A stretch of DNA of 58,879 nt, counting the filler, from Dugesia japonica (lineage: Eukaryota): NCBI GenBank assembly GCA_001938525.1. It is 6 parts of 6 records of this genome, joined end to end, with 100 filler letters (N's around TTAATTAATTAA, not from the genome) between each part and the next. Parts side by side here need not be neighbours in the genome. Positions count along the whole stretch, not along the records: positions 1 to 10,610 come from MQRL01619265.1; positions 10,711 to 19,369 come from MQRL01646551.1; 4 more parts are not named here. One strand, 5' to 3'. Of this stretch, positions 1 to 13,700 are shown piece by piece. Under the pieces are notes generated by a model, which worked only from the letters and a program-made list of their open reading frames with translations, was not told where the DNA came from and made no database searches. Both the position numbers and the translations under genes were made by a program. The first letter of the stretch is position 1. Each line of letters begins with the position of its first letter.

Positions 1-76
1 AAGATACTGTAACATGCTGTTAAGTAGGTAGATACTGACGCATTGACACAAATACATCCCCCGGGGGGAAAATCTA

Positions 77-325
77 TAGTGGTGTAAGAAATTTACATGT
101 ATTTAGTGAAAAATAAAAACAGATAACCGTGCATGTGATAACGTAATAGTGGTGTAAGAATTATACGTGTATTTAAAGGGACGAAAAAATTTATAAGAGG
201 TTTGTATTTGATTACGTAGTAGTGGCATGAAAAATTGTATGTATTTAATGGGACAATAAAAATATATATGAGATGTGCATAGGATTGATTAATAGAGGTA
301 TTGAAAATTTACATGTATTTAGCGG
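77..325 (+). repeat. Four degenerate ~70-bp tandem repeats upstream of the gypsy gag (possible LTR/5'UTR repeats)
   Basis: Core ATAGTGGTGTAAGAAATTTACATGTATTTA recurs at ~77, ~147, ~219 and ~291 with variation. Confidence 0.7.
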
Positions 326-417
326 GAACGATGTGATTATGTAACTTTTGCTCGTATTTCGTTTGTGTACCTAGTTTATCTTTATATTACTTTGAGTTAA
401 AAGCTACCGATTATAAA

Positions 418-1779
418 ATGGATCTACAAGGGTAAGCCCCATAAAAATAATTGAAAGTTGTAATACAACGCAGAATCACAAAATCAACAATGAAAGCAAT
501 TAATCTCAGTACATATCTTCATCAAAAAGCTGTCAGAAATGAAACAATGTTTTAAAATTATTGAGCCACATGAAAATTAAGCAACTTCTTACATTTTGAG
601 ACTGATGTTTTTGGACTTCCTACCAAAGTACATGCGACATCAGCAACATGCGTAATGAGATCGAAGTCAAACAAGGAGAAATAATGGATAAGATATTGTT
701 AAACAAAAAGATATGCTACTTCAACAGAAAATTTGGCAAAAATGCCAATAGCCTTAAAGTTTCAAATTGGGAAAACACTATGGATCTCATTGAAATCAAT
801 TATTAAAATCCCTGTCAAACCCAAACAGTTGGTAGAAGTACAATCAAATTTCACATCCTTAGGTTGCTCAAATAACAATCAATATCAATTCTTAATTGAC
901 TAAGGCGCAGATATCAGCATCCTGTCATATCGAATGTTCATCCCAGACAGCACCTGTGTCAAACTCATTATTAACTGCAAATAGAAGCGAAATTATAGTT
1001 TATGGTGAAAGGACAATCTCACTTTACATACCAAGTGTTCCAGCCACATTTCAATGTACGTTTACAGTAGCAGATAACAAGCATCTAATATTGGGATCGG
1101 GGTTTTTGTCAAAACATTGACTTTTAATATATTGTAACAGCAATCGGATATTTTAAAGACAAAAATATTTTTTTAATTTTAAACTCTGAATGCTTAACGG
1201 TGCTGCAAATAGACAACGACGGCTTACCAGTTCTTTAACCTGCTCGAAAATTGGGACCATCAATTATTAAGCATATCAAACTTGAATTTGAAGAATTTAT
1301 TAAACAAGACATCATTCAACCAAGAAGAAGTGAGTGAGAATCTCTAATGGTAGTAGTCAGGAAAAAAGATGGAACATTTCGACCATATGGAGATTACTGA
1401 ATGTTGTACTCAATAACCAAGCCAGACAGATATCCACTTCCCAGAATGAGTGATATACTAAACAAAATCAATAGATATAATATTTTCTCCACGCCGGATC
1501 TAACGAAAGTCCACAGCTAAATTTAAATCCAAGAATCAGACAGGCACAAAATCGCAATAATCACACCGTTTAGCCTAGTTGAATACAAAAATAAGCAATT
1601 CGTATTGAAACATGCATCACAAAAATTTCAAAGACATATTGACAAGTGTCTAAACCGTTGTCAAGCTTTTGCTTTTGCTAATATTGATGACATCCTAATC
1701 TATTCCAAAGATGACAAAGAATACAAAATTCATTTAAAACAAGTCAGGTTGGAGCTTGAAAAACAAGGACTGATCAACT
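418..1779 (+). mobile_element. Degenerate Ty3/gypsy LTR retrotransposon, 5' part (gag remnant, protease, reverse transcriptase)
   Basis: Protease motif YQFLID*GADISIL (~884-925); RT motifs VVVRKKDGTFRPYGDY, YPLPRMSDIL, KIAIITPF, FANIDDILIYS; many stops and frameshifts. Confidence 0.92.
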
Positions 1780-2899
1780 CTAACCCTTTTTTCAATGGGT
1801 CAGCACGGCCACAGTTTTTTTCAATATGAGAGCAGGGGCAAAGTTTTTATTTTAAATGTAGCACACGGGCACAGTATTTTTAAAACCGGCCCGCACTGGT
1901 AGTTAATTTTTATTTCTTGTTTAAATGGATCAAATTTCATAATTTTGTTTAAATTAAGTAAAATTAACGATTTTATTTATTTATTTTTCTTTTAAGTATA
2001 TTTTCCAGAGCAATATTAACATTAAATATTCCCTGAACAATATTAACATTAAATATTTCCTGGGCAATATTAACATTAACATTAAATATTCCCTGGGCAA
2101 TATTAACATTAACATTAAATATTCCCTGGCAATATTAACATAAATATTCAATTTTCCACGGGCAATATTAATACTAATTTAAAATTTTAAGGGAAATATT
2201 AATATTAACATTAAATTTCACAGTTCCATTAATATAAGCTGTTCCACAAAAAAACGATTACTATCCCAAGGAAAATGACTCTTAATATTTATATGTTTAA
2301 AATTATTCTGTCTTAGTATAATTAATGAAATCAGTATATTATTTGCATTTCAATTAAAATAAAATAAAATTTCCCACTCTGCAATAGTCTTCTCTTATAT
2401 TTACTAATTTTCTTTCATTTTTCACAATCACTTATTAACCTTTTTCCACACCACATAACACAATAGAACTATCTCTCTTCAATGAAATTATCCTACATAC
2501 CCAATGAGTNTTCTTTCACTCTCAATTATCACACTGTAACTGACTTTCTCTCACTCTATCTAACATCATTTGAGAACATCATGATCCAAATATTAGTCAA
2601 TGGAAATTAACATTGATATAGCTTTAGTGATATTAACATTGCCATTGATATTATCATTAATATTGTCTGGGGATATAAACATTAAATCTATATTAATATT
2701 GCCCGGGGATGTAAATAATAACATTAATATTAATATTGTCCAGGGAAACATCTAATATTATAGGAAAAGTAATGTTAANGGTTATATAATGTTAAGGATT
2801 TTCTCTGGTTTTATAAGTGTTTTATAGTTAGAAATGTCTACGTTTTAAAGAGTTATACATAATCTTTAGGGTTAATGTAAACTTTACATTCAGTCATAT

Positions 2900-5060
2900 A
2901 AGTGTTAAAGTCAATACATAAAAACCATAATACCTCACATTAAAATTGCATTTTTAATCACACAAAATGTCTAAGTAAACTCATGAAAATTTATAATTCA
3001 TTCCAAAAATTATAATCCATCACACAAAATCTTAACTCAACTCACGAAAATTAAAACTCAACATATGAAAATTACATAGAAGTCATTAAAACGTTTCATA
3101 GGTTACATAGAAGTAATCAATAACTTTCAAAATTATCAAAACATTACATAAAAGTCAATAAAACCTTTCAAAGATTTACTAGAAGTCAGTGAAAGTCTTG
3201 AAATATTACAAATAAGTCATTAAAATTATCATTCATTATACAAAATTGCATTCCGTCAAACAAAAATTAACACTCAACATGTAATGACTTAAGCCAACAC
3301 ACAAAATTACATTTCATCACATAAAATTATAATCAATTCTATTAAAATAAAATAGAAGTCATGAGAAATTATCAAAAATTCATGAAAGTTAAGTAAAGCT
3401 TTCAAAAATTAAATAAAATCTTTTAAAAACTTTCATAAATTACAAAGAAGTTAATAAAATTTCCAAGTCAACACAAAAATTCTAACCAATCAGATAAATT
3501 AATAATCAATCACACTAAACTATANNNNNNNNNNNNNNNNNNNNNNNNNNNNNNNNNNNNNNNNNNNNNNNNNNNNACGTTTCTTAGTCAAAATATAAAA
3601 CTCTTAACCAACAAGTTGAACTTATAATCTGACACACATCGACATTTCTAAATCACAGCTTTAAAATTTCGATCCATCTAACAAAAGTATAATCTAACTC
3701 ATAAAATTAACATTAAACAAGTAAAACTTTAGGCTTTAACGCATAAAATTTCGAAGTCAACACATAAATGTTATGATCTATCACACTAAAATTACATTCT
3801 ATCACACTAAAACCGTAATCCAACACAATAAAATTATATTTCATTACACAAGTTATAAGTCAACACAAAACAATTGTAATCCATGAACTAAAATTACTTC
3901 AATCACACAGATTTCTAAGACTTCTAAGCCAACGCATAAAATGTTTAAGTGAGCACATGATTTTTAGTTTGTTACAAAGAATTTCTTATTCAACAGATAA
4001 AAATTCTAACCAACAAGTTAAACTTATATTCTGTAACACTAAAAATATAGTTCATCACATTGAAATTTCTAAGTCAACGCTTTAAAATTATATTCCATGT
4101 CACAAATTCTAATCTAACTTATAAAAATTAACACTAAACAAGTAAAATTCTAAGTCAACACAAATAATTTTTAAGCCAACATACAAATTTATAATCTATC
4201 ACACAAATATTACAATCCATCACAGTAAATATCTAAGTAGTCACAGAAAATCTCTAAACCAGCAAATAAAAATTATAATTCAGTGCTAAAGTTATATAGA
4301 AGTCATTGAAAATATTTAAAAATACATATAAGTCAATAAGTCTAATTTGATTCATAAAATTAACACTGAACAAGTAAATTTCTAAGCCAATACATAAAAA
4401 AGTATAATTTATCACACTTAAATTACAATCCATCACACAGAATTGTAACACATTACACTAAATTACATTCTCACAAAAATTTCATTCAATCACAGTAACA
4501 TTTTAAGTAGTCACATAACACTTCTAAACCATTACATAAAANNNNNNNNNNNNNNNNNNNNNNNNNNNNNNNNNTCATTAAAATAATTTAAAAAATACAC
4601 AAAAGGCAATAAAACATTTCAAACATTGTATATTTTTATTAAAAGGTTTTATAAATTACACAGAGATATTCAATAACATTCAAAGAATACATAGTAAATA
4701 ATGAAATTTATAAGTCAGCAGATAAAAATTCAAACCAACTAGTGAAACTAAATTTCATTACATTGAAATTTCTAAGTCATCCTTTTAAAAGTAAATTTCA
4801 TCACATAAAATTCTAAAACAACACATAAAATTCTGAGTCACCATGAAATATTTAATATTCATAATTTAAAATAAACATTTCAACATGAATATAAACACTT
4901 TGTCATGAAGAATTATAATTTCATCACAAAACATAGACACTTCATCATAGAATATACATGTATCATCATGAAAAATACACGAGTAATCATTGAAAATTAG
5001 AGACAAATACATAGTAATTATAGAATTAGTCATTGAAAATTCAACTTTCATCATAATTCT
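2900..5060 (+). repeat. Highly degenerate ~21-22 bp tandem repeat array
   Basis: Recurrent AAAATTACATAGAAGTCATT / AAAATTCTAAGTCAACACAT / AAAATTACATTCCATCACAC-type units. Confidence 0.75.
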
Positions 5061-5099
5061 TTAAATTCATAAGATTTTATGATAAGGATTTATCTTTTT

Positions 5100-5280
5100 A
5101 AATTTAATAATAATCAAATTTTATTAGTTTAAAATTCATAAAGAATCAAAATTTAACAGTTTAGAATAAATACAAATAAAAATTTAACAGCTTGAAATTA
5201 ATATAAATCAAAATTTAACAGCTTAAATTTCTTTGAATTTAAAATTTACCATCTTAAAATTGATCAGTTAAAATTAATGT
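5100..5280 (+). repeat. ~31-bp tandem repeats
   Basis: Units like AACAGCTTGAAATTAATATAAATCAAAATTT; same family as 9380-9880. Confidence 0.75.
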
Positions 5281-7042
5281 TTTTTAAAATTATAATTAAT
5301 GTTATTTAAAATTGATTTTTGTTTATACATATTAATTAAAATATGTCAAACAATTATTAATTATTAAATAATTTTGTTTTAACATATTACTTAAATATGA
5401 CCGGAATGGAATAATTTCATATTATTCCATCATTATTCCGACATTTTAAAAATATCAAGTAACATTTTTATTTAATTTGCTATATTAATAATTTTATTTT
5501 AGATTATTTAGGAAAACTTATTATGATTTGTCTTAGATGTAATATGACAATTTATTATGGTCAATGTTAATTAATCTTATTTTGATAAAGGTTGCTATAA
5601 ATTTGATAAAGTATGACAATAAGTAAGGATTTATTTTATTTAAATTAAACGGTAATGATTTTCTTAAATTGTAATAATTTTCGTACTGATTTTATTTTAA
5701 GGTAAAGGTTTAGAGTTTAATGTTTTAAAATTATGAATTTCTTTTCAATTAATAAATTGATTTTTCAGATATTAATTGTTATGAATTCTTAATGTTATGA
5801 TAAAAGTTATTAAAAATATGGTAACTTATTACAAATTATGATCTTTGTTATTTGACAATAAGTAAGGATTTTTTTTTTATGTAAATTAAATGGTAATAAT
5901 TTATTTAAATGGTAATGTCTTTCTTAAATGATTTAACTTAATNAATTTTTACTAATGCTTTTCTTTAATGATAATAAGTAATAATTTTTTGTAATGATTT
6001 AAGTTAAAGAATTATTTACCATTTTGCGGATCTGAGTCTAGCCAAATATTGGCGTTGACGACTAAATAATTGTTTCTTATAAAGGTTATACAGTTTTATC
6101 AATGTATATTTGAGACCGGATGTGAACAGTCGAAAGCATTGCTGCCAGAGATGCACATAATGTAGTCAAGCTTAGTCTAGGTAAAATTACATAAGCTGAT
6201 AGATAAGTTCGATTATGAACGGACTCGATTGGATGCTAACGGACCTTGATGGATTCGGTCCGTCGGACTGTACATGCTAGAGAAGGTAATGTAATGGTAT
6301 GGAATTCAATCAAAACTGTTATTGAAACCATGTGTGAAAATAATTTTTAATGATTTTATTGATAATAATTTTGCAAATTCAAATAATATACTGATTTTAT
6401 TAATTAAGACAGAACAATTTTACTCAAACAAATAAATATTAAGATTGATTTTTCTTAGTGAGCACCTTATATTAATGGAACTGTGAACATCTTATTTTAA
6501 GAGCATTGAATGTCGGGATCATCTAATGTCGGTTACAGCCAAGAGTCCGTACCCATAGAAATCTCATAGTTTGTACCCTTTAACAACTAATGTTTCCAAC
6601 AAACATCTTGTAATATGAACACTGAAACATCAATAAGTATGAAACCTGAGCCCTTAATGTAAATATTATCCAGGGAACATTAAATATTAATATTGCACGG
6701 AGAAATGTAATGTTAATATTAATATTGCCGTGGAATAATTAATGTTAATGTTAATATTGCTCTGGAAAATATACTTTAAAAAAAATTAAATTAAAGTCGT
6801 TAATTTTACTTAATTTAAACAAATAATGAATAATTTGATCCATTTAAACAAGAAATAAAAAACTACCATTGCGGACCTATTAAAAAAAGTGCCCCTGCGC
6901 TCCTATTGAAACAATAACTGTGCCCTTGCGCTCCTATTGAAAAACCACTGTGCTCGTGCGGACCCATTGAAAAAAATGGGAGAAAGAAGGATAAGGAAGA
7001 TAGCTGATTGCACTGTGCTTATGCGCTCCTATCTACCTTCTA

Positions 7043-8340
7043 TAATCAACTTAGACACTTTTCAAATCAATAAAAATCAGTGGAAAATTCAGGATTCTTG
7101 ATATCCAGGAAAGGCATCATTTCCATCAATGAACAAATACTAGCTATCATAAAGTTATCAGCATCAAGGAATAAAAAACCCAAGGAGACTCTTAGGTATT
7201 ATGACATTCTATCAATGGATGATTCCACGAATATCAGACCACAAAATATACGATTGCGGTACATTAAAAGCAAAAAAAATGTAGTTGCAGATTTTTCATT
7301 AACGCAATCTCATGTCCACAATGAAAGAATCATGCAGGAGATCAGTCACGTATCGATAACAGATATATTAAAAAACCGACAGGATGATCAATTATTGATG
7401 CTAAAACTGCACAGAACCAAAGAATGGACATTGGTTAAAAATCAAAGACAAATATCAAAATTGTACTCCTAGAACAATGAGAGCTAAAATCCGCAATTAG
7501 TGTGAACACTCTCTTAAATGTCAAACAAGTAAAGTTTCAAGGCACACAAAGGCACCAATTAGTACACTACTAAACTTAGAAAAATTCAAAGTAGTACATT
7601 TAGATGAAGTAGGACATCTAGCCCCTATCAAAAGTTAAAATTATTTTATCATGATTGATAGAGAAACCTCGTGGACTAAAGTGGCTTCACTGAGAGAACT
7701 AACTACATCAAGCATAGTTACAGCAATGATAAAAGACTGTATAACACGTTTTTGAGCACCATAAATCAAAGTAACAGATACTAGACGACAATTTGTTTTA
7801 GGAGAGTTCATCATATTCTGTGATACATTTAAAATTGATCACAGGAGGTCTACACCATTTCATTCCCAATACAATAGGAATATGGAAAGATTTCATACAA
7901 CTCTCAAAAATGCATTGTGGACACTGGAGAAAATTGCAGAACGTGAATTTCTTGATAATATACCAATGACTATTATGGAATTACGTAATATGGCTAGCTA
8001 GGAAACTGAACCATAACAAGTAGTTTTTAGAACAACAGTGAGGTAGCCAGTCAACATCATCATTCCATCATATTCCAACCATCAAAAAGTGATATCGATA
8101 GAATTTCGAAATAATTAGTTAAGGTTTAAAGAAATTGTTCATGACAAAGATAAAAATATACAAACGTGATTGAATCAAAAGTGAAAACAGAAGAGCACTT
8201 TACCTAATATATAAAGCANNNNNNNNNNNNNNNNNTCAAGACAGTGATGATAAGGTACTAGAAATAATGAGAAAAAGTAAACATGAAAGAGTTTCAGTTG
8301 ATAAGACACACCCAGCATTCATTCTCAAGAAGCATGCAGA
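7043..8340 (+). mobile_element. Degenerate Ty3/gypsy retrotransposon, 3' part (RT end, truncated RNase H, integrase)
   Basis: SVENSGFLISRKGII (RT end), LRYIKSKKNVVADF (RNase H end), CQTSKVSRHTKAPI, VVHLDEVG, STPFHSQYNRNMERFHTTLKN (integrase core). Confidence 0.9.
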
Positions 8341-8439
8341 TTAGAGATGGTATTAATATATAATAATATTGTTATACTAATAAACAAATAAATTTATGTG
8401 TTTAAATTTTGTGATTGGAATAAATATTACCAATTCAAA

Positions 8440-10175
8440 AAGTTAGTATTATGGCTAAGTTATAATTTACAATTAACAATACCGATAAAATTTGAATTAT
8501 ATTAAATTTAAATTGATAAATATCTATTCGTATTAATTATAAGCTGCTAAACTTTGATTCATATTGAGTTTAACCAGATTAATTTGATTTCATATTAATT
8601 TTAAAGTAAACAAGTTTATTTCATATTGAATTGTAAGCTGTTAAATTTTGATTGATATGAATTCAAGACAAATAATTTCTTAGTCATCATGTAAAGAATA
8701 ATAGACAACATATACAGCCTCTTAGCTAACATGTTAACATTATAATTACATAGGATTACGTATAAGACATTAAAAATTGTCATTAATTACATAAAAGTCA
8801 TTATAAAATATCAAACATTACAAGAAATATATGTAACGGAAATATTTCTAAAGTTTACCAATAGTATAAGAACTTAAACAGAAATTTACTAGAAATATTT
8901 GAAAATGATTACAATACACGTGTAAGAAGAGTGCATTACATATGCAACAGAACAAGTATTCACTGAATAGTAAACAAGATCAAAGTATACCAGAGGAATA
9001 ATTACAATAATTTAATTACTTCAACATAGAAAATACACTTTATCATGGAAACGTATACCCTTCATAATATAAAATATTGGATTCATCACAAAACATTGAA
9101 AATAAGCATTTCCGACATTTTAAATATACACTTCATCTCAGAAATAATAGGGTCCATCTTTGACAATGCACGAGTCATCATAGCAAATAACGGATTCAGC
9201 ATTAAAAATCCAACACACATCATTAAAAGTACAGCATTCTTGCCAGATTATATAGTATTTTTCACAGATTAAACATGTTTAGTCATTGTAAATTCACATT
9301 TTACCATAGAAAAATACAGCTTTCATAATAAAACTCAAATAAATAACATAAAATATACAACAAATAAGTTTAGACAATTCAAATTTTTGTGCTTTGATAT
9401 TGTAATTTAAAGTTTATAAGCTTAAAATATAAAAATTAACTGCTTGAATTTGATATGAATCAAAATTTATCAACGTAAAACTAATATGAAATAAACTTTA
9501 TCAGCTTGAAATTAATATGAATCAAAGTTTAGCAGCTTATAATTAATAAAAATCTAATTTTTATCAGTTTAAATTTAATATAAATTAAATTTTATTGGCA
9601 TAAAAGTTAATATGAATCAAAATTAAACAGCTTGAAATTAATATGAATCAAAATTTAATATCTTCAAATTAATATGATATAAAATTTTATTGCTTAAAAT
9701 TAATATGAAATAAAATTTATCAACTTGAACTTAATGACTCAAAATTTAACATCTTTAAATTAATATGATACAAAATTTAACTGTTTAAAGTTCATAAGAA
9801 TTAAACTTTATCAACTTAAAAATAATATGAAATAAAATTTATCAGTTTGAACTTAATATGAATCAAAATTCATCTTAAAATTGATTAGTTTAGAAATAAT
9901 TAACTTATAATTGAAGTTAAAATTGATTTTTGTTTTATCATATTAATTAAAATATGTCAGACAATTATTTATTATTGAATAATTTTGTTTTAACATAATA
10001 ATTAAATAATACCGGAATGGATTAATTTCATTATTATTGGAAGGATTGCTGGTCGATAAGTTCAATTATGAACGGACTCGATTGGATGCTAACCTTGGTG
10101 GATTCAATCCGTTGGACTGTACATGTTGGAAGAGTTAATGTAAATGTATGGAATTCAAACTAAACTGTTAAAGCC
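8440..10175. repeat. Second copy of the modular repeat element found inside the long-TIR element
   Basis: 31-bp repeats in inverted (8440-8670) and direct (9380-9880) orientation; 9918-10035 matches 5308-5425; 10048-10170 matches 6195-6320. Confidence 0.75.
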
Positions 10176-10610
10176 AATGAGGGCTTTTTTGTAGGCTATA
10201 GCTAGAGCGATTCAAAGTTAGAAAATTGTAATTTTAAAAAGTAGTATTTGTAAATTTAAAAAATAAATTGGTGTCCATCAAGTTTATTCAACCGTTAAAA
10301 CATCGAAAATTAGCGAAACTAAATAATATACGCATTGAACAACATAAAATATAATTAATATCTAAGATTCTTTTAATTTTTTCAATTTAAATTTATGTTT
10401 TTCAGACAATTATGGAATTTGCATATTACTAAAATTTCATTTACAAAAATAAAAAAAGTAGCAAATTGTTATAAAAATCGCCCTAGTTATAACAACAAAT
10501 GAAAAAAAAAATTTAATTAGTGTCTTTTAAAAGTTGTTGTAAATCTTTTAGAATATTATCTAAAAATAACTTTTTAAAAATCAATTTTAATTTTTACTTA
10601 AATTAATACT

Positions 10611-10710
10611 NNNNNNNNNNNNNNNNNNNNNNNNNNNNNNNNNNNNNNNNNNNNTTAATTAATTAANNNNNNNNNNNNNNNNNNNNNNNNNNNNNNNNNN
10701 NNNNNNNNNN
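10611..10710. other. Artificial 100-bp scaffold-joining spacer
   Basis: 44 N + TTAATTAATTAA (stops in all six frames) + 44 N. Confidence 0.97.
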
Positions 10711-13700
10711 TTAAATAAAGTTTTACCAAAAGATATCAGAATTTTAGCCTGGAGTCCTGTTGATGAAGATTTTAGTGCTAGGTTATATTTCTGATTGTTA
10801 TTGTTTGTATGGATTTTCCTAATAGATTTAATTCTATAGGGCGATCATATAAGTATTTCTTCCCAAAATCTGATCTTTCAATTGAAGTAAATAGAATTTC
10901 AAATTGTAGTTTACTAATCAATAAAATTAGTCGATGAATGCAGCTGGGAAAAAACTCATAGGTTCACATGATTTTAGAAATTTTTGTTCAATGCAAATCA
11001 GTCAGGGTGTAACACATTTCGTACGGAATATATTCGATGTAACAGTCGAGCCTTATGATGAATTGTAGAGATTTATTGCAGATATTTATTGATTGATTTA
11101 TTTTACGGATAATTTCAGAGAAAAAGAAAGTGAACATAAAATATATGTAATAAACATTAGTGCTAGCTCATTTATTTATCATCAAATAAGATGCACTGTA
11201 GCAATATTGTTGATGATTGGACAGGGTAAAGAAGATATTGATGTTATCGACCATCTTCTTGATATTGAAGGGGTTGGAGGATTAGGAAAACCTTTCTATC
11301 AAATGGCTTCNNNNNNNNNNNNNNNNNNNNNNNNNNNNNNNNNNNNNNNNNNNNNNNNNNNNNNNNNNNNNNNNNNNNNNNNNNNNNNNNNNNNNNNNNN
11401 NNNNNNNNNNNNNNNNNNNNNNNNNNNNNNNNNNNNNNNNNNNNNNNNNNNNNNNNNNNNNNNNNNNNNNNNNNNNNNNNNNNNNNNNNNNNNNNNNNNN
11501 NNNTAATTTTTTTATTATAAATTTTATTTTTTAATAGTCTTTTTATTATTTATAATTACAAGAAGTATTGTGAGATTAATTTTGGGATTTGTGCCATTGA
11601 TCGCATTTAAGTTTCTATCAAAATAAAATGTATTTTTATAGAAAATCATTTTATTTTGATCATAGCTTTTTATTTTAATGAAATTTTTATTTTTTTATAT
11701 ATTTTTATTATTTATTTTATTATTAATTCAATTTTTTAATATTTAATTATTTTATTTTTTAATATTTTTTTTATTATTTAATTATTTTTTTATATTCTAT
11801 TAATTAAAAATTTTAAAAAAGATCTTTCCAATCAATTAAATAAATATAATTAAAACATTAAATGCACCGTGATTATTAGACAATTTTTTTNAAAAAAAAG
11901 TATAAATAACATTTTATTTTATATTATAAATTCGAGATTTTTTTTACTGTCCGAAAATTTAGGAATCAATTGGAAAAATCCATAAATCAATATTTAGAAA
12001 AAATATTCCATACAAATTAACCAATTCGTCTATTGGCAAAACATTTTAATAAATATTTTTCGACCTCATAATATAAGAACTTCACTGTGTTTAAATTAAT
12101 GAGTATTAATTTAAGTTTAAGACTAAAACAAGCATAAAAAAAATCAACGTAAAGAGATTTTTCAATTCATAAATTTGTCTCTCCACAAAAAATAGTTTAA
12201 ATAGCATTGAAGATCATCTTTAATTTCCATAGATTTTTTGCTTCGAATCTTATTTAAACCAATGGTAACATATTGAGCAATATACTCTCAAATTTTCACG
12301 TAATTATTGTACCAGGAAACAACATATCTTATATAATTGGCATAATGTTGTAGTTTTTCTAACCGACACAATATACATATACGGAATAAATCCAAACATT
12401 TCTATATTTTTTTATTATTTATTATATTTTTTTCAATTATTATTCTTAATTAAATTCAAATGACATTTACTTACTAAAGAAGGTCTCAAGAAAATACTTG
12501 TATTGGACAGTAAAATCATCAAAATTACAAGTACAAAAACTCTTCATAGTTATTTTAAGAAAACATAATCGAATCAAACTTAAGTAAAAAAATTTATTTA
12601 ATTCGATAATCTCATTATACGCGATGAGATATGATTCGAAAGAATTACCTTTTTTAGTAAAATGCAAAAGATAAACAAGTAAAATTTTACAATATTCAAT
12701 TAATTGATTTCTTTGACATCCGATTCGATTGAGTAATGCTCAATTACATTTTATTTTTGCAAAATAATTTTCAAAATTTCATAGTTGGATTACAAAAGAA
12801 AAATAGTTAAAGAAAAATTGATAATCGATTCAATTAAGGAGAATTCGTTGAAACATTACAATTTTTCGTATTCGCAAAATAATTTATATACTCCGATATA
12901 CAATAGCTGACTCGATATCAAATATTTTTATATTATTTCTCGTTAGTGTTATGTATCATGCGCATTTTGTACCGTGAACGTTATGCCTGTGTAGCGTTAT
13001 GTCGAATTAGTGTTGTCCGTTTATGTTTTATCGTGACACAGTGGGAATTTATTAGTCAAAACTCAAAGAATATCTTGTCCCCACTATAATTCATTACTTG
13101 TCTTTTGCTGAATTCGACAAATTTTCAAACCCGCTGAAATCAGAAATTTTTTGATGTTCTTATTACATAAAAAGTATCCAAAAGTAAGTTTTCATTTAGG
13201 CTAGATTTTTTGTAAATGTGAAATAATGTGTGATTCTTTGATTATTTGAAGGCTTATCATTGGCAGGGCCATTATAAGGCTCTCCTCTCAAAATAGGTAC
13301 ATTTTGACGAGCTTTATTAACTTTTAAATTGTGTATAGAGCACTTTTGTAGAACCACCAAACATTTTTCAGATTAATCCACAAAATCTTACATTTTGCTG
13401 TTTTCTTCTCGACTAAGTTCAATTAATGAGGCCACACTGAATTCGTATCTCCATTTATGATTGTACAGACTTTTTTTTGACGGTATTTTTTATAAGTAAT
13501 CTCACGAACATATATTATTTTACAATTACAAGAATTATTGCGAGAATAATTATTGAACGTAACCATTTATCGTTTTTCAGAATTCATTAAAAAAAGGTTA
13601 GTTAAAATTTTTTTTGTTTTTGATAATAATTCTAATTTTCGACTTTGTCTTCGTCAGGAAGTGACTTTTTGAAAAGTAAATTCCTGACGAAGACAAAGTC

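Larger units (their letters stand above)
1784..7042. mobile_element. Non-autonomous long-TIR (foldback/Mutator-like) DNA element inserted into the gypsy RT
   Basis: 1784-~2350 is the imperfect reverse complement of ~6375-6980 (e.g. CCCTTTTTTCAATGGGTC / GACCCATTGAAAAAAATGGG; CACAGTTCCATTAATATAAG / CTTATATTAATGGAACTGTG); subterminal repeats; flanks TGATCAACT (1771-1779) and TAATCAACT (7043-7051); RT reading resumes after it. Confidence 0.85.

Noticed and set aside
77-325. Spaced repeats resembling a CRISPR array (also 31990-32225)
   Set aside because: Eukaryotic context, degenerate repeats, no cas genes; spacers of the first array are themselves related
1781-1790. piggyBac assignment for the long-TIR element from the CTAA-CCCTT left end
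   Set aside because: Right side has no TTAA and continues with another subterminal repeat to ~7042; a near 9-bp direct repeat fits better
10169-10206. Hairpin AAAGCC/GGCTTT followed by CTAG as a Helitron 3' end
   Set aside because: Weak hairpin, CTAG followed by A rather than T, and not shared by the other copy near 6320
10655-10666. TTAATTAATTAA as a conserved regulatory motif
   Set aside because: Always centred in exactly 44+44 Ns, so it is an assembly linker
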